Assembly: GCF_009914755.1 (NCBI RefSeq)
Contig: NC_060948.1
Source: the human T2T-CHM13v2.0 reference genome, Homo sapiens
DNA length: 64,000 nucleotides
Strand: one strand, 5' to 3'
The translations under genes and the position numbers were made by a program. Within the stretch, counting starts at the first letter, position 1. The number at the start of each line of letters is the position of its first letter. Positions 18,724 through 38,080 of this stretch are shown piece by piece. The notes beneath the pieces were generated by a model. It was not told the origin of the DNA. It saw only the letters and a program-made list of their open reading frames with translations, and did not search any database.

Positions 18724-20851
18724 AGATCCATATTTTTTAAATGAAAAAAAATTTCAAAGGTACTCTGCTTGGTACAATAATCAAATGTATAAACTGAGGA
18801 ATAAAACATAACCATGAAACCTACTTATAACTGCATATGGAAAATACAGAGGATAATTTTTTAAATAACATATTTTGAAAGCCTTAACTAGTAATTTGAA
18901 GAGTTGGCATTTGAAAGGCCAGTATGAATATACCTTCAAAGCAGCAACACAGGTTCCCCATGAGAAAAAGCAAACTCAGGGAAAATAAAACCAAAAACGT
19001 TCAATCTCTTCTGACCTTTGAAAGACACAGCACAGACAGTGGCCCTTAGGACGAAGAGCAGGAGACCCCTAATTCCGTCACCATGGCGATAGGGCATAAA
19101 CATTGCTGGGTGAGGGCACAATCCACATTGTGAGGTCCAACTGCTGCCAGGAAGACAGGAGTGCTTTTACATAGACCGAAACGTCATTGAAGGCTCAGAG
19201 TTTTATTTCAAGTACTGAATCCCAAGCCCACACGTTATTAGGCTGCGCTTCTTAAAACAAGTTATGAGATGGGAAAAAGGGCACCCACAAACATACGTAT
19301 ACATTATGTATATAATAATATACAGTATCATATATATAATATATATAACCTATGTATAATATTGTTTTACATCCTGCATCTTATGTTATATATATTGTAT
19401 AAAATATAATAATTGATTATATATAAGTTTTATAATTATACAATATGACATATAGTATATATTATAATTTATGACATATATAATATATGTTATATGTCAT
19501 ATATAGAATATATTATACGGTTAATATACGTATTAAATATAAATTATACATTATATATATTATATATAATATATCTGTTATATATAATAACCATTATGCA
19601 TAATATATATATTATGTCTATGTTATATATAGTATAAAACAACATATAATAATATATAATTGTATATATAAAATGCGACATATAATATATATTATATTTT
19701 ATAACATATGTAATATATATTTTATATTATATATAATACGTTGTATGTATAATACCTATATTAAATATATATTATATGACTATGTTATTAATTACATGTC
19801 ACATGTGTTATATATTATATATTTTACATAGAATATACCGGTTGCATACAATATATACTATGTTACCTATAATGTATAATTTATTACATGTAAAATAAAG
19901 AATGCAATATATTATGTATAATTTATAATATACCATATGTGGAATGTGATATATATAACATATAATATATGATATATGATATACAGTATATGATATATAA
20001 CATACGATATATGATTCCTAATATATATGGTATACAATATATATTTTATGATATGTATTCTATGTGTTTTATATTCTGTTATATATAACTATTTGAAATT
20101 ATATATAACTGTATAATATTTTATGTAAATATGTAATATAATATATATAACTATATAATATATTATATATAACTATATATTATGTTATATATACTTTTAT
20201 AACATAATTTACATAAAATATCATAATATAATATATATTATATTATTTCATATTACATAATATATATTACATATCACCCAATATAACTAACATACATAAT
20301 ATTATAATATAGATTATATTGTGTTATATTAAATATCATATATATCATGTATCATATATTCTATAATATATATTACACATTATATAATATGTATGTTGTC
20401 TATTATGTGATATATATAACAATATATATAATTATATTTTTATACATATAACTAGATAAACATGTAATTCTACAAATTTTCATTTATAATATGTAGAATT
20501 ATATAATCATATATAATTATTTATATTCTATAAAAAATTTTATCATTATATAAATTATAATATATAAAAATTATAATATGTACTACAAATATATATATTA
20601 TATATCATATATGATATAGTACCTTTGTTATATATCATAATACATATAAATGTGTATTATGTTATCTATAATTATATAATTTCATATATAAGATGTATAA
20701 TATGTATCATATATTATATATGTTATGTAATATATATAATATATATAAGATGACACAGGATAAATATTATATACTATGACATATAAAATATATCAGGTTA
20801 TATGTTACATATAAGGCATAGCACATAACATGTAATATATATCATATATAA

Positions 20852-21143
20852 TTTTTTTTTAGACAGAATCTTGTCCTGTTGCACAGGGTGGGGTACAATG
20901 GCGCCATCTTTGCTCACTGCAACTTCTTCCTCACGGGTCCAAGCGATTGTCCTCCCTCAGCCTCCCAGGTAGCTGGGACTACACCACACTGGGACTACAG
21001 CAGCTGCCACCATGCCTAGCTAATTTTTTGGATTTTTAGTAGTGACAGCGTTTCACTCTATTGGCCAGGATGGTCTTGATCTCTTCACCTTGTGATCCCC
21101 TTGCCTTGGCCTCCAAATTTGCTGGGATTACAGGCCTGAGCCA
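20852..21143 (-). mobile_element. Diverged Alu, unit 9
   Basis: Same Alu hallmarks as unit 1. Confidence 0.93.
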
Positions 21144-23269
21144 AGATCCATATTTTTTAAATGAAAAAAAATTTCAAAGGTACTCTGCTTGGTACAATAA
21201 TCAAATGTATAAACTGAGGAATAAAACATAACCATGAAACCTACTTATAACTGCATATGGAAAATACAGAGGATAATTTTTTAAATAACATATTTTGAAA
21301 GCCTTAACTAGTAATTTGAAGAGCTGGCATTTGAAAGGCCTGTATGAATATACCTTCAAAGCAGCAACACAGGTTCCCCATGAGAAAAAGCAAACACAGG
21401 GAAAATAAAAACACAAAGGTTCAATCTCTTCTGACCTTTGAAAGACACAGCACAGACAGTGGTCCTTAGGACGAAGAGCAGGAGACCCCTAATTCCGTCA
21501 CCATGGCGATAGGGCCTAAACATTGCTGGGTGAGGGCACAATCCACATTGTGAAGGCCAACTGCTGCCAGGAAGACAGGAGTGCTTTTACATAGACCGAA
21601 AGGTCATTGAAGGCTCAGAGTTTTGTTTCAAGAACTGAATCCCAAGCCCACACGTTATTAGGCTGCGCTTCTTAAAACAAGTTATGAGATGGGAAAAAGG
21701 GCACCCACAAACATACGTATACATTATGTATATAATAATATACAGTATCATATATATAATATATATAACCTATGTATAATATTGTTTTACATCCTGCATC
21801 TTATGTTATATATATTGTATAAAATATAATAATTGATAATATATAAGTTTTATAATTATACAATATGACATATAGTATATATTATAATTTATGACATATA
21901 TAATATATGTTATATGTCATATATAGAATATATTATACGGTTAATATACGTATTAAATATAATTTATACATTATATATATTATATATAATATATCTGTTA
22001 TATATAATACCCATTATGCATAATATATATATTATGTCTATGTTATATATAGTATAAAACAACATATAATAATATATAATTGTATATAGAAAACGCGACA
22101 TATAATATATATTATATTTTATGACATATGTAATATATATTATATATTATATAAAATACGTTGTATGTATAATACCTATATTAAATATATATTATATGAC
22201 TATGTTATTAATTACATGTCACATATGTTATATATTATATATTTTACATAGAATATACCGGTTACATACAATATATACTATGTTACCTATAATGTATAAT
22301 TGATTACATGTAAAATAAAGAATGCAATATATTATATATAATTTATAATATACAATATGTGGAATGTGATATATATAACATATAATATATGATATATGAT
22401 ATACAGTGTATGATATATAACATACAATATATGATACCTAATATATATGGTATACAATATATATTTTATGATATGTATTCTCTATGTTTTACATTCTGTT
22501 ATATATAACTATTTGAAATTATATATAACTGTATAATATTTTATGTAAATATGTAATATAATATATATAACTATATAATATATTATAAATAACTATATAT
22601 TATGTTATATATACTTTTATAACATAATTTACATAAAATATCATAATATAATATATATTATATTATTTCATATTACATAATATATATTACATATCACCCA
22701 ATATAAGTAACATACATAATATTATAATATAGAATATATTATGTTATATTAAATATCATATATATCATGTATCATATATGCTATAATATATATTAAACAA
22801 TATATAATATGTATGTTGCCTATTATGTGATATATATAACTATATATATAATTATATTATTATACATATAACTAGATAAACATGTAATTCTACATATTTA
22901 GATTTATAATATATATAATTATATAATCATATTTAATTATTTAAATTCTATAAAAAATTATATCATTATATAAATTATAATATATAATAATTATAATATG
23001 TACTAGAAATATATATTATATATCATATATGATATAGTACCTTTGTTATATATCATAATACATATAAATGTGTATTATGTTATCGATAATTATATAATTT
23101 CATATATAAGATATATAATATGTATTATATATTATATATGTTATGCAATATATATAGTATATATAAGATGACACAGGATAAATATTATATACTATGACAT
23201 ATAAAATATATGAGGTTATATGTTACATATAAGGCATAGCACATAACATGTAATATATATCATATATAA

Positions 23270-23561
<292 letters not shown>

Positions 23562-25666
23562 AGATCCATATTTTTTAAATGAAAAAAAATTTCAAAGGTA
23601 CTCTGCTTGGTACAATAATCAAATGTATAAACTGAGGAATAAAACATAACCATGAAACCTACTTATAACTGCATATGGAAAATACAGAGGATAATTTTTT
23701 AAATAACATATTTTGAAAGCCTTAACTAGTAATTTGAAGAGTTGGCATTTGAAAGGCCAGTATGAATATACCTTCAAAGCAGCAACACAGGTTCCCCATG
23801 AGAAAAAGCAAACTCAGGGAAAATAAAACCACAAAGGTTCAATCTCTTCTGACCTTTGAAAGACACAGCACAGACAGTGGTCCTTAGGACGAAGAGCAGG
23901 AGACCCCTAATTCCGTCACCATGGCGATAGGGCATAAACATTGCTGGGTGAGGGCACAATCCACATTGTGAGGTCCAACTGCTGCCAGGAAGACAGGAGT
24001 GCTTTTACATACACCGAAAGGTCATTGAAGGCTCAGAGTTTTGTTTCAAGGACTGAATCCCAAGCCCACAAATTATTAGGCTGCGCTTCTTAAAACAAGT
24101 TATGAGATGGGAAAAAGGGCACCCACAAACATAGGTATACATTATGTATATAATAATATACAGTATCATATATATAATATATATAACCTATGTATAATAT
24201 TGTTTTACATCCTGCATCTTATATTATATATATTGTATAAAATATAATAATTGATAAAATATAAGTTTTATATTTATACAATATGACATATAGTATATAT
24301 TATAATTTATGACATATATAATATATGTTATATATCATATATAGAATATATTATACGGTTAATATACGTATTAAATATAAATTATACATTATATATATTA
24401 TATAAAATATATCTGTTATATATAATATCCATTATGCATAATATATATATTACGTCTATGTTATATATAGTATAAAACAACATATAATAATATATAATTG
24501 TATATATAAAATGCGACATATAATATATATTATATTTTATGACATATGTAATATATATTATATATTATATATAATACGTTGTATGTATAATACCTATATT
24601 AAATATATATTATATGACTATGTTATTAATTACATGTCACATATGTTATATATTATATATTTTACATAGAATATACCGGTTACATACAATATACACTATG
24701 TTACCTATAATGTATAATTGATTACATGTAAAATAAAGAATGCAATATATTATGTATAATTCATAGTATACAATATGTGGAATGTGATATATATAACATA
24801 TAATATATGATATATGATATACAGTATATGATATATAACATACAATATATGATATCTAATATATATGGTATACAATATATATTTTATGTTATGTATTCTA
24901 TATGTTTTATATTCTGTTATATATAACTATTTGAAATTATATATAACTGTATAATATTTTATGTAAATATGTAATATAATATATATAACTATAAAATATA
25001 TTATATATAACTATATATTATGTTATATATACTTTTATAACATAATTTACATAAAATATCATAATATAATATATATTATATTATTTCACATTACATAATA
25101 TATATTACATATCACCCAATATAAGTAACATACATAATATTATAATACAGATTATATTATGTTATATTAAATATCATATATATCATGTATCATATATTCT
25201 ATAATATATATTATACATTATATAATATGTATGTTGTCCATTATGTGATATATATAACTATATATATAATTATATTATTATACATATAACTAGATAAACA
25301 TGTAATTCTACATATTTTCATTTATAATATATAGAATTATATAATCATATATAATTTTTTATATTCTATAAAAAATTATATCATTATATAAATTATAATA
25401 TATAAAAATTATAAGATGTACTACAAATATATATATTATATATCATATATGATATAGTACCTTTGTTATATATCATAATACATATAAATGTGTATTATGT
25501 TATCTATAATTTTATAATTTCATATATAAGATGTATAATATGTATTATATATTGTCTATGTTATGTAATATATATAGTATATATAAGCTGACACAGGATA
25601 AATATTATATACTATGACATATAAAATATATGAGGTTATATGTTACATATAAGGCATAGCACATAA

Positions 25667-25981
<315 letters not shown>

Positions 25982-28109
25982 AGATCCATATTTTTTAAAT
26001 GAAAAAAAATTTCAAAGTTACTCTGCTTAGTACAATAATCAAATGTATAAACTGAGGAACAAAACATAACCATGAAACCTACTGATAACTGCATATGGAA
26101 AATACAGAGGATAACTTTTTAAATAACATATTTTGAAAGGCTTAACTAGTAATTTGAAGAGTTGGCATTTGAAAGGCCAGTATGAATATACCTTCAAAGC
26201 AGCAACACAGGTTCCCCATGAGTAAAAGCAAACTGAGGGAAAATAAAACCACAAAGGTTCAATCTCTTCTGACCTTTGAAAGACACAGCACAGACAGTGG
26301 TCCTTAGGACGAAGAGCAGGAGACCCCTAATTCCGTCACCATGGCGATAGGGCATAAACATTGCTGGGTGAGGGCACAATCCACATTGTGAGGTCCAACT
26401 GCTGCCAGGAAGACAGGAGTGCTTTTACATAGACCGAAAGGTCATTGAAGGCTCAGAGTTTTGTTTCAAGAACTGAATCCCAAACCCACACGTTATTAGG
26501 CTGCGCTTCTTAAAACAAGTTATGAGATGGGAAAAAGGGCACCCACAAACATACGTATACATTTTGTATATAATAATATACAGTATCATATATATAATAT
26601 ATATAACCTATGTATAATATTGTTTTACATCCTGCATCTTATATTATATATATTGTATAAAATATAATAATTGATAATATATAAGTTTTATATTTATACA
26701 ATAAGACATATAGTATATATTATAATTTATGACATATATAATATATGTTATATATCATATATAGAATATATTATACGGTTAATATACGTATTAAATATAA
26801 ATTATACATTATATATATTATATATAATATATCTGTTATATATAATACCCATTATGCATAATATATATATTATGTCTATGTTATATATAGTATAAAACAA
26901 CATATAATAATATATAATTGTATATAGAAAACGCGACATATAATATATATTATATTTTATGACATATGTAATATATATTATATATTATATAAAATACGTT
27001 GTATGTATAATACCTATATTAAATATATATTATATGACTATGTTATTAATTACATGTCACATATGTTATATATTATATATTTTACATAGAATATACCGGT
27101 TACATACAATATATACTATGTTACCTATAATGTATAATTGATTACATGTAAAATAAAGAATGCAATATATTACGTATAATTTATAATATACAATATGTGG
27201 AATGTGATATATATAACATATAATATATGATATATGATATACAGTATATGATAATTAACATACAATATATGATACCTAATATATATGGTATACAATATAT
27301 ATTTTATGATATGTATTCTATATGTTTTATATTCTGTTATATATAACTGTTTGAAATTATATATAACTGTATAATATTTTATGTAAATATGTAATATAAT
27401 ATATATAACTATATAATATATTATATATAACTATATATTATGTTATATATACTTTTATAACTTAATTTACATAAAATATCATAGTATAATATATATTAAT
27501 TTACTTCATATTACATAATATATATTACATATCACCCAATATAAGTAACATACATAATATTATAATATACATTATATTATGTTATATTAAATATCATATA
27601 TATCATGTATCATATATTCTATAATATATATTATACATTATATAATATGCATGTTGTCTATTATGTGATATATATAACTATATATGTAATTATATTATTA
27701 TACATATAACTAGATAAACATGTAATTCTACATATTTTCATTTATAATATATAGAATTACATAATCATATATAATTATTTATATTCTATAAAAAATTATA
27801 TCATTATATAAATTATAATATATAAAAATTATAATATGTACTACAAATATATATATTATATATCATATATGATATAGTACCTTTGTTATATATCATAATA
27901 CATATAAATGTGTATTATGTTATCTATAATTATATAATTTCATATATAAGATGTATAATATGTATCATATATTATATATGTTATGTAATATATATAGTAT
28001 ATATAAGATGACACAGGATAAATATTATATACTATGACATATAAAATATATGAGGTTATATGTTACATATAAGGCATAGCACATAACATGTAATATATAT
28101 CATATATAA

Positions 28110-28401
<292 letters not shown>

Positions 28402-30511
28402 AGATCCATATTTTTTAAATGAAAAAAAATTTCAAAGGCACTCTGCTTCGTACAATAATCAAATGTATAAACTGAGGAATAAAACATAACCATGAAACCT
28501 ACTTATAACTGCATATGGAAAATACAGAGGATAATTTTTTAAATAACATATTTTGAAAGCCTTAACTAGTAATTTGAAGAGCTGGCATTTGAAAGGCCAG
28601 TATGAATATACCTTCAAAGCAGCAACACAGGTTCCCCATGAGAAAAAGCAAACACAGGGAAAATAAAAACACAAAGGTTCAATCTCTTCTGACCTTTGAA
28701 AGACACAGCACAGACAGTGGTCCTTAGGACGAAGAGCAGGAGACCCCTAATTCCGTCACCATGGCGATAGGGCATAAACATTGCTGGGTGAGGGCACAAT
28801 CCACATTGTGAGGTCCAACTGCTGCCAGGAAGACAGGAGTGCTTTTACATAGACCGAAAGGTCATTGAAGGCTCAGAGTTTTGTTTCAAGAACTGAATCC
28901 CAAGCCCACACGTTATTAGGCTGCGCTTCTTAAAACAAGTTATGAGATGGGAAAAAGGGCACCCACAAACATACGTATACATTATGTATATAATAATATA
29001 CAGTATCATATATATAATATATATAACCTATGTATAATATTGTTTTACATCCTGCATCTTATGTTATATATATTGTATAAAATATAATAATTGATAATAT
29101 ATAAGTTTTATATTTATACAATATGACATATAGTATATATTATAATTTATGACATATATAATATTTGTTATATATCATATATAGAATATATTATACGGTT
29201 AATATACGTATTAAATATAAATTATACATTATATATATTATATATAATATATCTGTTATATATAATACCCATTATGCATGATATATATATTATGTCTATG
29301 TTATATATAGTATAAAACAACATATAATAATATATAATTGTATATATAAAATGCGACATATAATATATATTATATTTTATAACATATGTAATATATATTA
29401 TATATTATATATAATACGTTGTATGTATAATACCTATATTAAATATATATTATATGACTATGTTATTAATTACATGTCACATGTGTTATATATTATATAT
29501 TTTACATAGAATATACCGGTTACATACAATATATACTATGTTACCTATAATGTATAATTTATTACATGTAAAATAAAGAATGCAATATATTATGTATAAT
29601 TTATAATATACAATATGTGGAATGTGATATATATAACATATAATATATGATATATGATATACAGTATATGATATATAACATACAATATATGATTCCTAAT
29701 ATATATGGTATACAATATATATTTTATGATATGTATTCTATATGTTTTATATTCTGTTATATATAACTATTTGAAATTATATATAACTGTATAATATTTT
29801 ATGTAAATATGTAATATAATATATAACTATATAATATATTATATATAACTATATATTATGTTATATATACTTGTATAACATAATTTACATAAAATATCAT
29901 AACATAATATATATTATATTATTTCATATTACATAATATATATTACATATCACCCAATATAAGTAACATACATAATATTATAATATAGATTATATTATGT
30001 TATATTAAATATCATATATGTCATGTATCATATATTCTATAATATATATTACACATTATATAATATGTATGTTGTCTATTATGTGATATATATAACTCTA
30101 TATATAATTATATTATTATACATATAACTAGATAAACATGTAATTCTACATATTTTCATTTATAATATGTAGAATTATATAATCATATATAATTATTTAT
30201 ATTCTATAAAAAATTTTATCATTATCTAAATTATAATATATAAAAATTATAATATGTACTACAAATATATATATTATATATCATATATGATATAGTACCT
30301 TTGTTATATATCATAATACATATAAATGTGTATTATGTTATCTATAATTATATAATTTCATATATAAGATGTATAATATGTATCATATATTATATACGTT
30401 ATATAATATATATAGTATATATAAGATGACACAGGATAAATATTATATACTATGACATATAAAATATATGAGGTTATATGTTACATATAAGGCATAGCAC
30501 ATAACATGTAA

Positions 30512-30820
<309 letters not shown>

Positions 30821-32948
30821 AGATCCATATTTTTTAAATGAAAAAAAATTTCAAAGGTACTCTGCTTGGTACAATAATCAAATGTATAAACTGAGGAATA
30901 CAACATAACCATGAAACCTACTTATAACTGCATATGGATAATACACAGGATAATTTTTTAAATAACATAGTTTGAAAGCCTTAACTAGTAATTTGAAGAG
31001 TTGGCATTTGAAAGGCCAGTATGAATATACCTTCAAAGCAGCAACACAGGTTCCCCATGAGAAAAAGCAAACACAGGGAAAATAAAAACACAAAGGTTCA
31101 ATCTCTTCTGACCTTTGAAAGACACAGCACAGACAGTGGTCCTTAGGACGAAGAGCAGGAGACCCCTAATTCCGTCACCATGGCGATAGGGCATAAACAT
31201 TGCTGGGTGAGGGCACAATCCACATTGTGAGGTCCAACTGCTGCCAGGAAGACAGGAGTGCTTTTACATAGACCGAAAGGTCATTGAAGGCTCAGAGTTT
31301 TGTTTCAAGAACTGAATCCCAAGCCCACACGTTATTAGGCTGCGCTTCTTAAAACAAGTTATGAGATGGGAAAAAGGGCACCCACAAACATACGTATACA
31401 TTATGTATATAATAATATACAGTGTCATATATATAATATATATAACCTATGTATAATATTGTTTTACATCCTGCATCTTATGTTATATATATTGTATAAA
31501 ATATAATAATTGATAATATATAAGTTTTATAATTATACAATATGACATATAGTATATATTATAATTTATGACATATATAATATATGTTATATATCATATA
31601 CAGAATATATTATACGGTTAATATACGTATTAAATATAAATTATACATTATATATATTATATATAATATATCTGTTATATATAATACCCGTTATGCATAA
31701 TATACATATTATGTCTATGTTATATATAGTATAAAACAACATATAATAATATATAATTGTATATATAAAATGCGACATATAATATATATTATATTTTATA
31801 ACATATGTAATATATATTATATATTATATATAATACGTTGTATGTATAATACCTATATTAAATATATATTATATGACTATGTTATTAATTACATGTCACA
31901 TGTGTTATATATTATATATTTTACATAGAATATACCGGTTACATACAATATATACCATGTTACCTATAATGTATAATTTATTACATGTAAAATAAAGAAT
32001 GCAATATATTATGTATAATTTATAATATACAATATGTGGAATGTGATATATATAACATATAATATATGATATATGATATACAGTATATGATATATAACAT
32101 ACAATATATGATTCCTAATATATATGGTATACAATATATATTTTATGATATGTATTCTGTATGTTTTATATTCTGTTATATATAACTATTTGAAATTATA
32201 TATAACTGTATAATATTTTATGTAAATATGTAATATAATATATATAACTATATAATATATTATATATAACTATATATTATGTTATATATACTTTTATAAC
32301 ATAATTTACATAAAATATCATAATATAATATATATTATATTATTTCATATTACATAATATATATTACATATCACCGAATATAACTAACATACATAATATT
32401 ATAATATAGATTATATTATGTTATATTAAATATCATATATATCATGTATCATATATTCTATAATATATATTACACATTATATAATATGTATGTTGTCTAT
32501 TATGTGATATATATAACTATATATATAATTATATTTTTATACATATAACTAGATAAACATGTAATTCTACATATTTTCATTTATAATATGTAGAAGTATA
32601 TAATCATATATAATTATTTATATTCTATAAAAAATTTTATCATTATCTAAATTATAATATATAAAAATTATAATATGTACTACAAATATATATATTATAT
32701 ATCATATATGATATAGTACCTTTGTTATATATCATAATACATATAAATGTGTATTATGTTATCTATAATTATATAATTTCATATATAAGATGTATAATAT
32801 GTATCATACATTATATATGTTATGTAATATATATAGTATATATAAGATGACACAGGATAAATATTACATTCTATGACATATAAAATATATGAGGTTATAT
32901 GTTACATATAAGGCATAGCACATAACATGTAATATATATCATATATAA

Positions 32949-33240
32949 TTTTTTTTTAGACAGAATCTTGTCCTGTTGCACAGGGTGGGGTACAATGGCG
33001 CCATGTTTGCTCACTGCAACTTCTGCCTCACGGGTCCAAGCGATTGTCCTCCCTCAGCCTCCCAGGTAGCTGGGACTACACCACACTGGGACTACACCAG
33101 CTGCCACCATGCCTAGCTAATTTTTTGGATTTTTAGTAGTGACAGCCTTTCACTGTATTGGCCAGGATGGTCTTGATCTCTTCACCTTGTGATCCCCTTG
33201 CCTTGGCCTCCAAATTTGCTGGGATTACAGGCCTGAGCCA
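32949..33240 (-). mobile_element. Diverged Alu, unit 14
   Basis: Same Alu hallmarks as unit 1. Confidence 0.93.
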
Positions 33241-35368
33241 AGATCCATATTTTTTAAATGAAAAAAAATTTCAAAGGTACTCTGCTTGGTACAATAATCA
33301 AATGTATAAACTGAGGAATAAAACATAACCATGAAACCTACTTATAACTGCATATGGAAAATACAGAGGATAATTTTTTAAATAACATATTTTGAAAGCC
33401 TTAACTAGTAATTTGAAGAGTTGGCATTTGAAAGGCCAGTATGAATATACCTTCAATGCAGCAACACAGGTTCCCCATGAGAAAAAGCAAACACAGGGAA
33501 AATAAAAACACAAAGGTTCAATCTCTTCTGACCTTTGAAAGACACAGCACAGACAGTGGTCCTTAGGACGAAGAGCAGGAGACCCCTAATTCCGTCACCA
33601 TGGCGATAGGGCATAAACATTGCTGGGTGAGGGCACAATCCACATTGTGAGGTCCAACTGCTGCCAGGAAGACAGGAGTGCTTTTACATAGACCGAAAGG
33701 TCATTGAAGGCTCAGAGTTTTGTTTCAAGAACTGAATCCCAAGCCCACACGTTATTAGGCTGCGCTTCTTAAAACAAGTTATGAGATGGGAAAAAGGGCA
33801 CCCACAAACATACGTATACATTATGTATATAATAATATACAGTGTCATATATATAATATATATAACCTATGTATAATATTGTTTTACATCCTGCATCTTA
33901 TGTTATATATATTGTATAAAATATAATAATTGATAATATATAAGTTTTATAATTATACAATATGACATATAGTATATATTATAATTTATGACATATATAA
34001 TATATGTTATATATCATATACAGAATATATTATACGGTTAATATACGTATTAAATATAAATTATACATTATATATATTATATATAATATATCTGTTATAT
34101 ATAATACCCGTTATGCATAATATACATATTATGTCTATGTTATATATAGTATAAAACAACATATAATAATATATAATTGTATATATAAAATGCGACATAT
34201 AATATATATTATATTTTATAACATATGTAATATATATTATATATTATATATAATACGTTGTATGTATAATACCTATATTAAATATATATTATATGACTAT
34301 GTTGTTAATTACATGTCACATGTGTTATATATTATATATTTTACATAGAATATACCGGTTACATACAATATATACCATGTTACCTATAATGTATAATTTA
34401 TTACATGTAAAATAAAGAATGCAATATATTATGTATAATTTATAATATACAATATGTGGAATGTGATATATATAACATATAATATATGATATATGATATA
34501 CAGTATATGATATATAACATACAATATATGATTCCTAATATATATGGTATACAATATATATTTTATGATATGTATTCTGTATGTTTTATATTCTGTTATA
34601 TATAACTATTTGAAATTATATATAACTGTATAATATTTTATGTAAATATGTAATATAATATATATAACTGTATAATATATTATATATAACTATATATTAT
34701 GTTATATATACTTTTATAACATAATTTACATAAAATATCATAATATAATATATATTATATTATTTCATATTACATAATATATATTACATATCACCCAATA
34801 TAACTAACATACATAATATTATAATATAGATTATATTATGTTATATTAAATATCATATATATCATGTATCATATATTCTATAATATATATTACACATTAT
34901 ATAATATGTATGTTGTCTATTATGTGATATATATAACTATATATATAATTATATTTTTATACATATAACTAGATAAACATGTAATTCTACATATTTTCAT
35001 TTATAATATGTAGAAGTATATAATCATATATAATTATTTATATTCTATAAAAAATTTTATCATTATATAAATTATAATATATAAAAATTATAATATGTAC
35101 TACAAATATATATATTATATATCATATATGATATAGTACCTTTGTTATATATCATAATACATATAAATGTGTATTATGTTATCTATAATTATATAATTTC
35201 ATATATAAGATGTATAATATGTATCATATATTATATATGTTATGTAATATATATAGTATATATAAGATGACACAGGATAAATATTATATACTATGACATA
35301 TAAAATATATGAGGTTATATGTTACATATAAGGCATAGCACATAACATGTAATATATATCATATATAA

Positions 35369-35660
35369 TTTTTTTTTAGACAGAATCTTGTCCTGTTGCA
35401 CAGGGTTGGGTACAATGGCGCCATCTTTGCTCACTGCAACTTCTGCCTCACGGGTCCAAGCGATTGTCCTCCCTCAGCCTCCCAGGTAGCTGGGACTACA
35501 CCACACTGGGACTACACCAGCTGCCACCATGCCTAGCTAATTTTTTGGATTTTTAGTAGTGACAGCGTTTCACTGTATTGGCCAGGATGGTCTTGATCTC
35601 TTCACCTTGTGATCCCCTTGCCTTGGCCTCCAAATTTGCTGGGATTACAGGCCTGAGCCA
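35369..35660 (-). mobile_element. Diverged Alu, unit 15
   Basis: Same Alu hallmarks as unit 1. Confidence 0.93.
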
Positions 35661-37765
35661 AGATCCATATTTTTTAAATGAAAAAAAATTTCAAAGGTAC
35701 TCTGCTTGGTACAATAATCAAATGTATAAACTGAGGAATAAAACATAACCATGAAACCTACTTATAACTGCATATGGATAATACACAGGATAATTTTTTA
35801 AATAACATATTTTGAAAGCCTTAACTAGTAATTTGAAGAGTTGGCATTTGAAAGACCAGTATGAATATACCTTCAAAGCAGCAACACAGGTTCCCCATGA
35901 GAAAAAGCAAACACAGGGAAAATAAAAACACAAAGGTTCAATCTCTTCTGACCTTTGAAAGACACAGCACAGACAGTGGTCCTTAGGACGAAGAGCAGGA
36001 GACCCCTAATTCCGTCACCATGGCGATAGGGCATAAACATTGCTGGGTGAGGGCACAATCCACATTGTGAGGTCCAACTGCTGCCAGGAAGACAGGAGTG
36101 CTTTTACATAGACCGAAAGGTCATTGAAGGCTCAGAGTTTTGTTTCAAGAACTGAATCCCAAGCCCACACGTTATTAGGCTGCGCTTCTTAAAACAAGTT
36201 ATGAGATGGGAAAAAGGGCACCCACAAACATACGTATACATTATGTATATAATAATATACAGTGTCATATATATAATATATATAACCTATGTATAATATT
36301 GTTTTACATCCTGCATCTTATGTTATATATATTGTATAAAATATAATAATTGATAATATATAAGTTTTATAATTATACAATATGACATATAGTATATATT
36401 ATAATTTATGACATATATAATATATGTTATATATCATATACAGAATATATTATACGGTTAATATACGTAATAAATATAAATTATACATTATATATATTAT
36501 ATATAATATATCTGTTATATATAATACCCGTTATGCATAATATATATATTATGTCTATGTTATATATAGTATAAAACAACATATAATAATATATAATTGT
36601 ATATATAAAATGCGACATATAATATATATTATATTTTATAACATATGTAATATATATTATATATTATATATAATACGTTGTATGTATAATACCTATATTA
36701 AATATATATTATATGACTATGTTATTAATTACATGTCACATGTGTTATATATTATATATTTTACATAGTATATACCGGTTACATACAATATATACCATGT
36801 TACCTATAATGTATAATTTATTACATGTAAAATAAAGAATGCAATATATTATGTATAATTTATAATATACAATATGTGGAATGTGATATATATAACATAT
36901 AATATATGATATATGATATACAGTATATGATATATAACATACAATATATGATTCCTAATATATATGGTATACAATATATATTTTATGATATGTATTCTGT
37001 ATGTTTTATATTCTGTTATATATAACTATTTGAAATTATATATAACTGTATAATATTTTATGTAAATATATAATATAATATATATAACTATATAATATAT
37101 TATATATAACTATATATTATGTTATATATACTTTTATAACATAATTTACATAAAATATCATAATATAATATATATTATATTATTTCATATTACATAATAT
37201 ATATTACATATCACCCAATATAACTAACATACATAATATTATAATATAGATTATATTATGTTATATTAAATATCATATATATCATGTATCATATATTCTA
37301 TAATATATATTACACATTATATAATATGTATGTTGTCTATTATGTGATATATATAACTATATATATAATTATATTTTTATACATATAACTAGATAAACAT
37401 GTAATTCTACATATTTTCATTTATAATATGTAGAAGTATATAATCATATATAATTATTTATATTCTATAAAAAATTTTATCATTATCTAAATTATAATAT
37501 ATAAAAATTATAATATGTACTACAAATATATATATTATATGTCATATATGATATAGTACCTTTGTTATATATCATAATACATATAAATGTGTATTATGTT
37601 ATCTATAATTATATAATTTCATATATAAGATGTATAATATGTATCATATATTATATATGTTATGTAATATATATAGTATATATAAGATGACACAGGATAA
37701 ATATTACATTCTATGACATATAAAATATATGAGGTTATATGTTACATATAAGGCATAGCACATAA

Positions 37766-38080
<315 letters not shown>

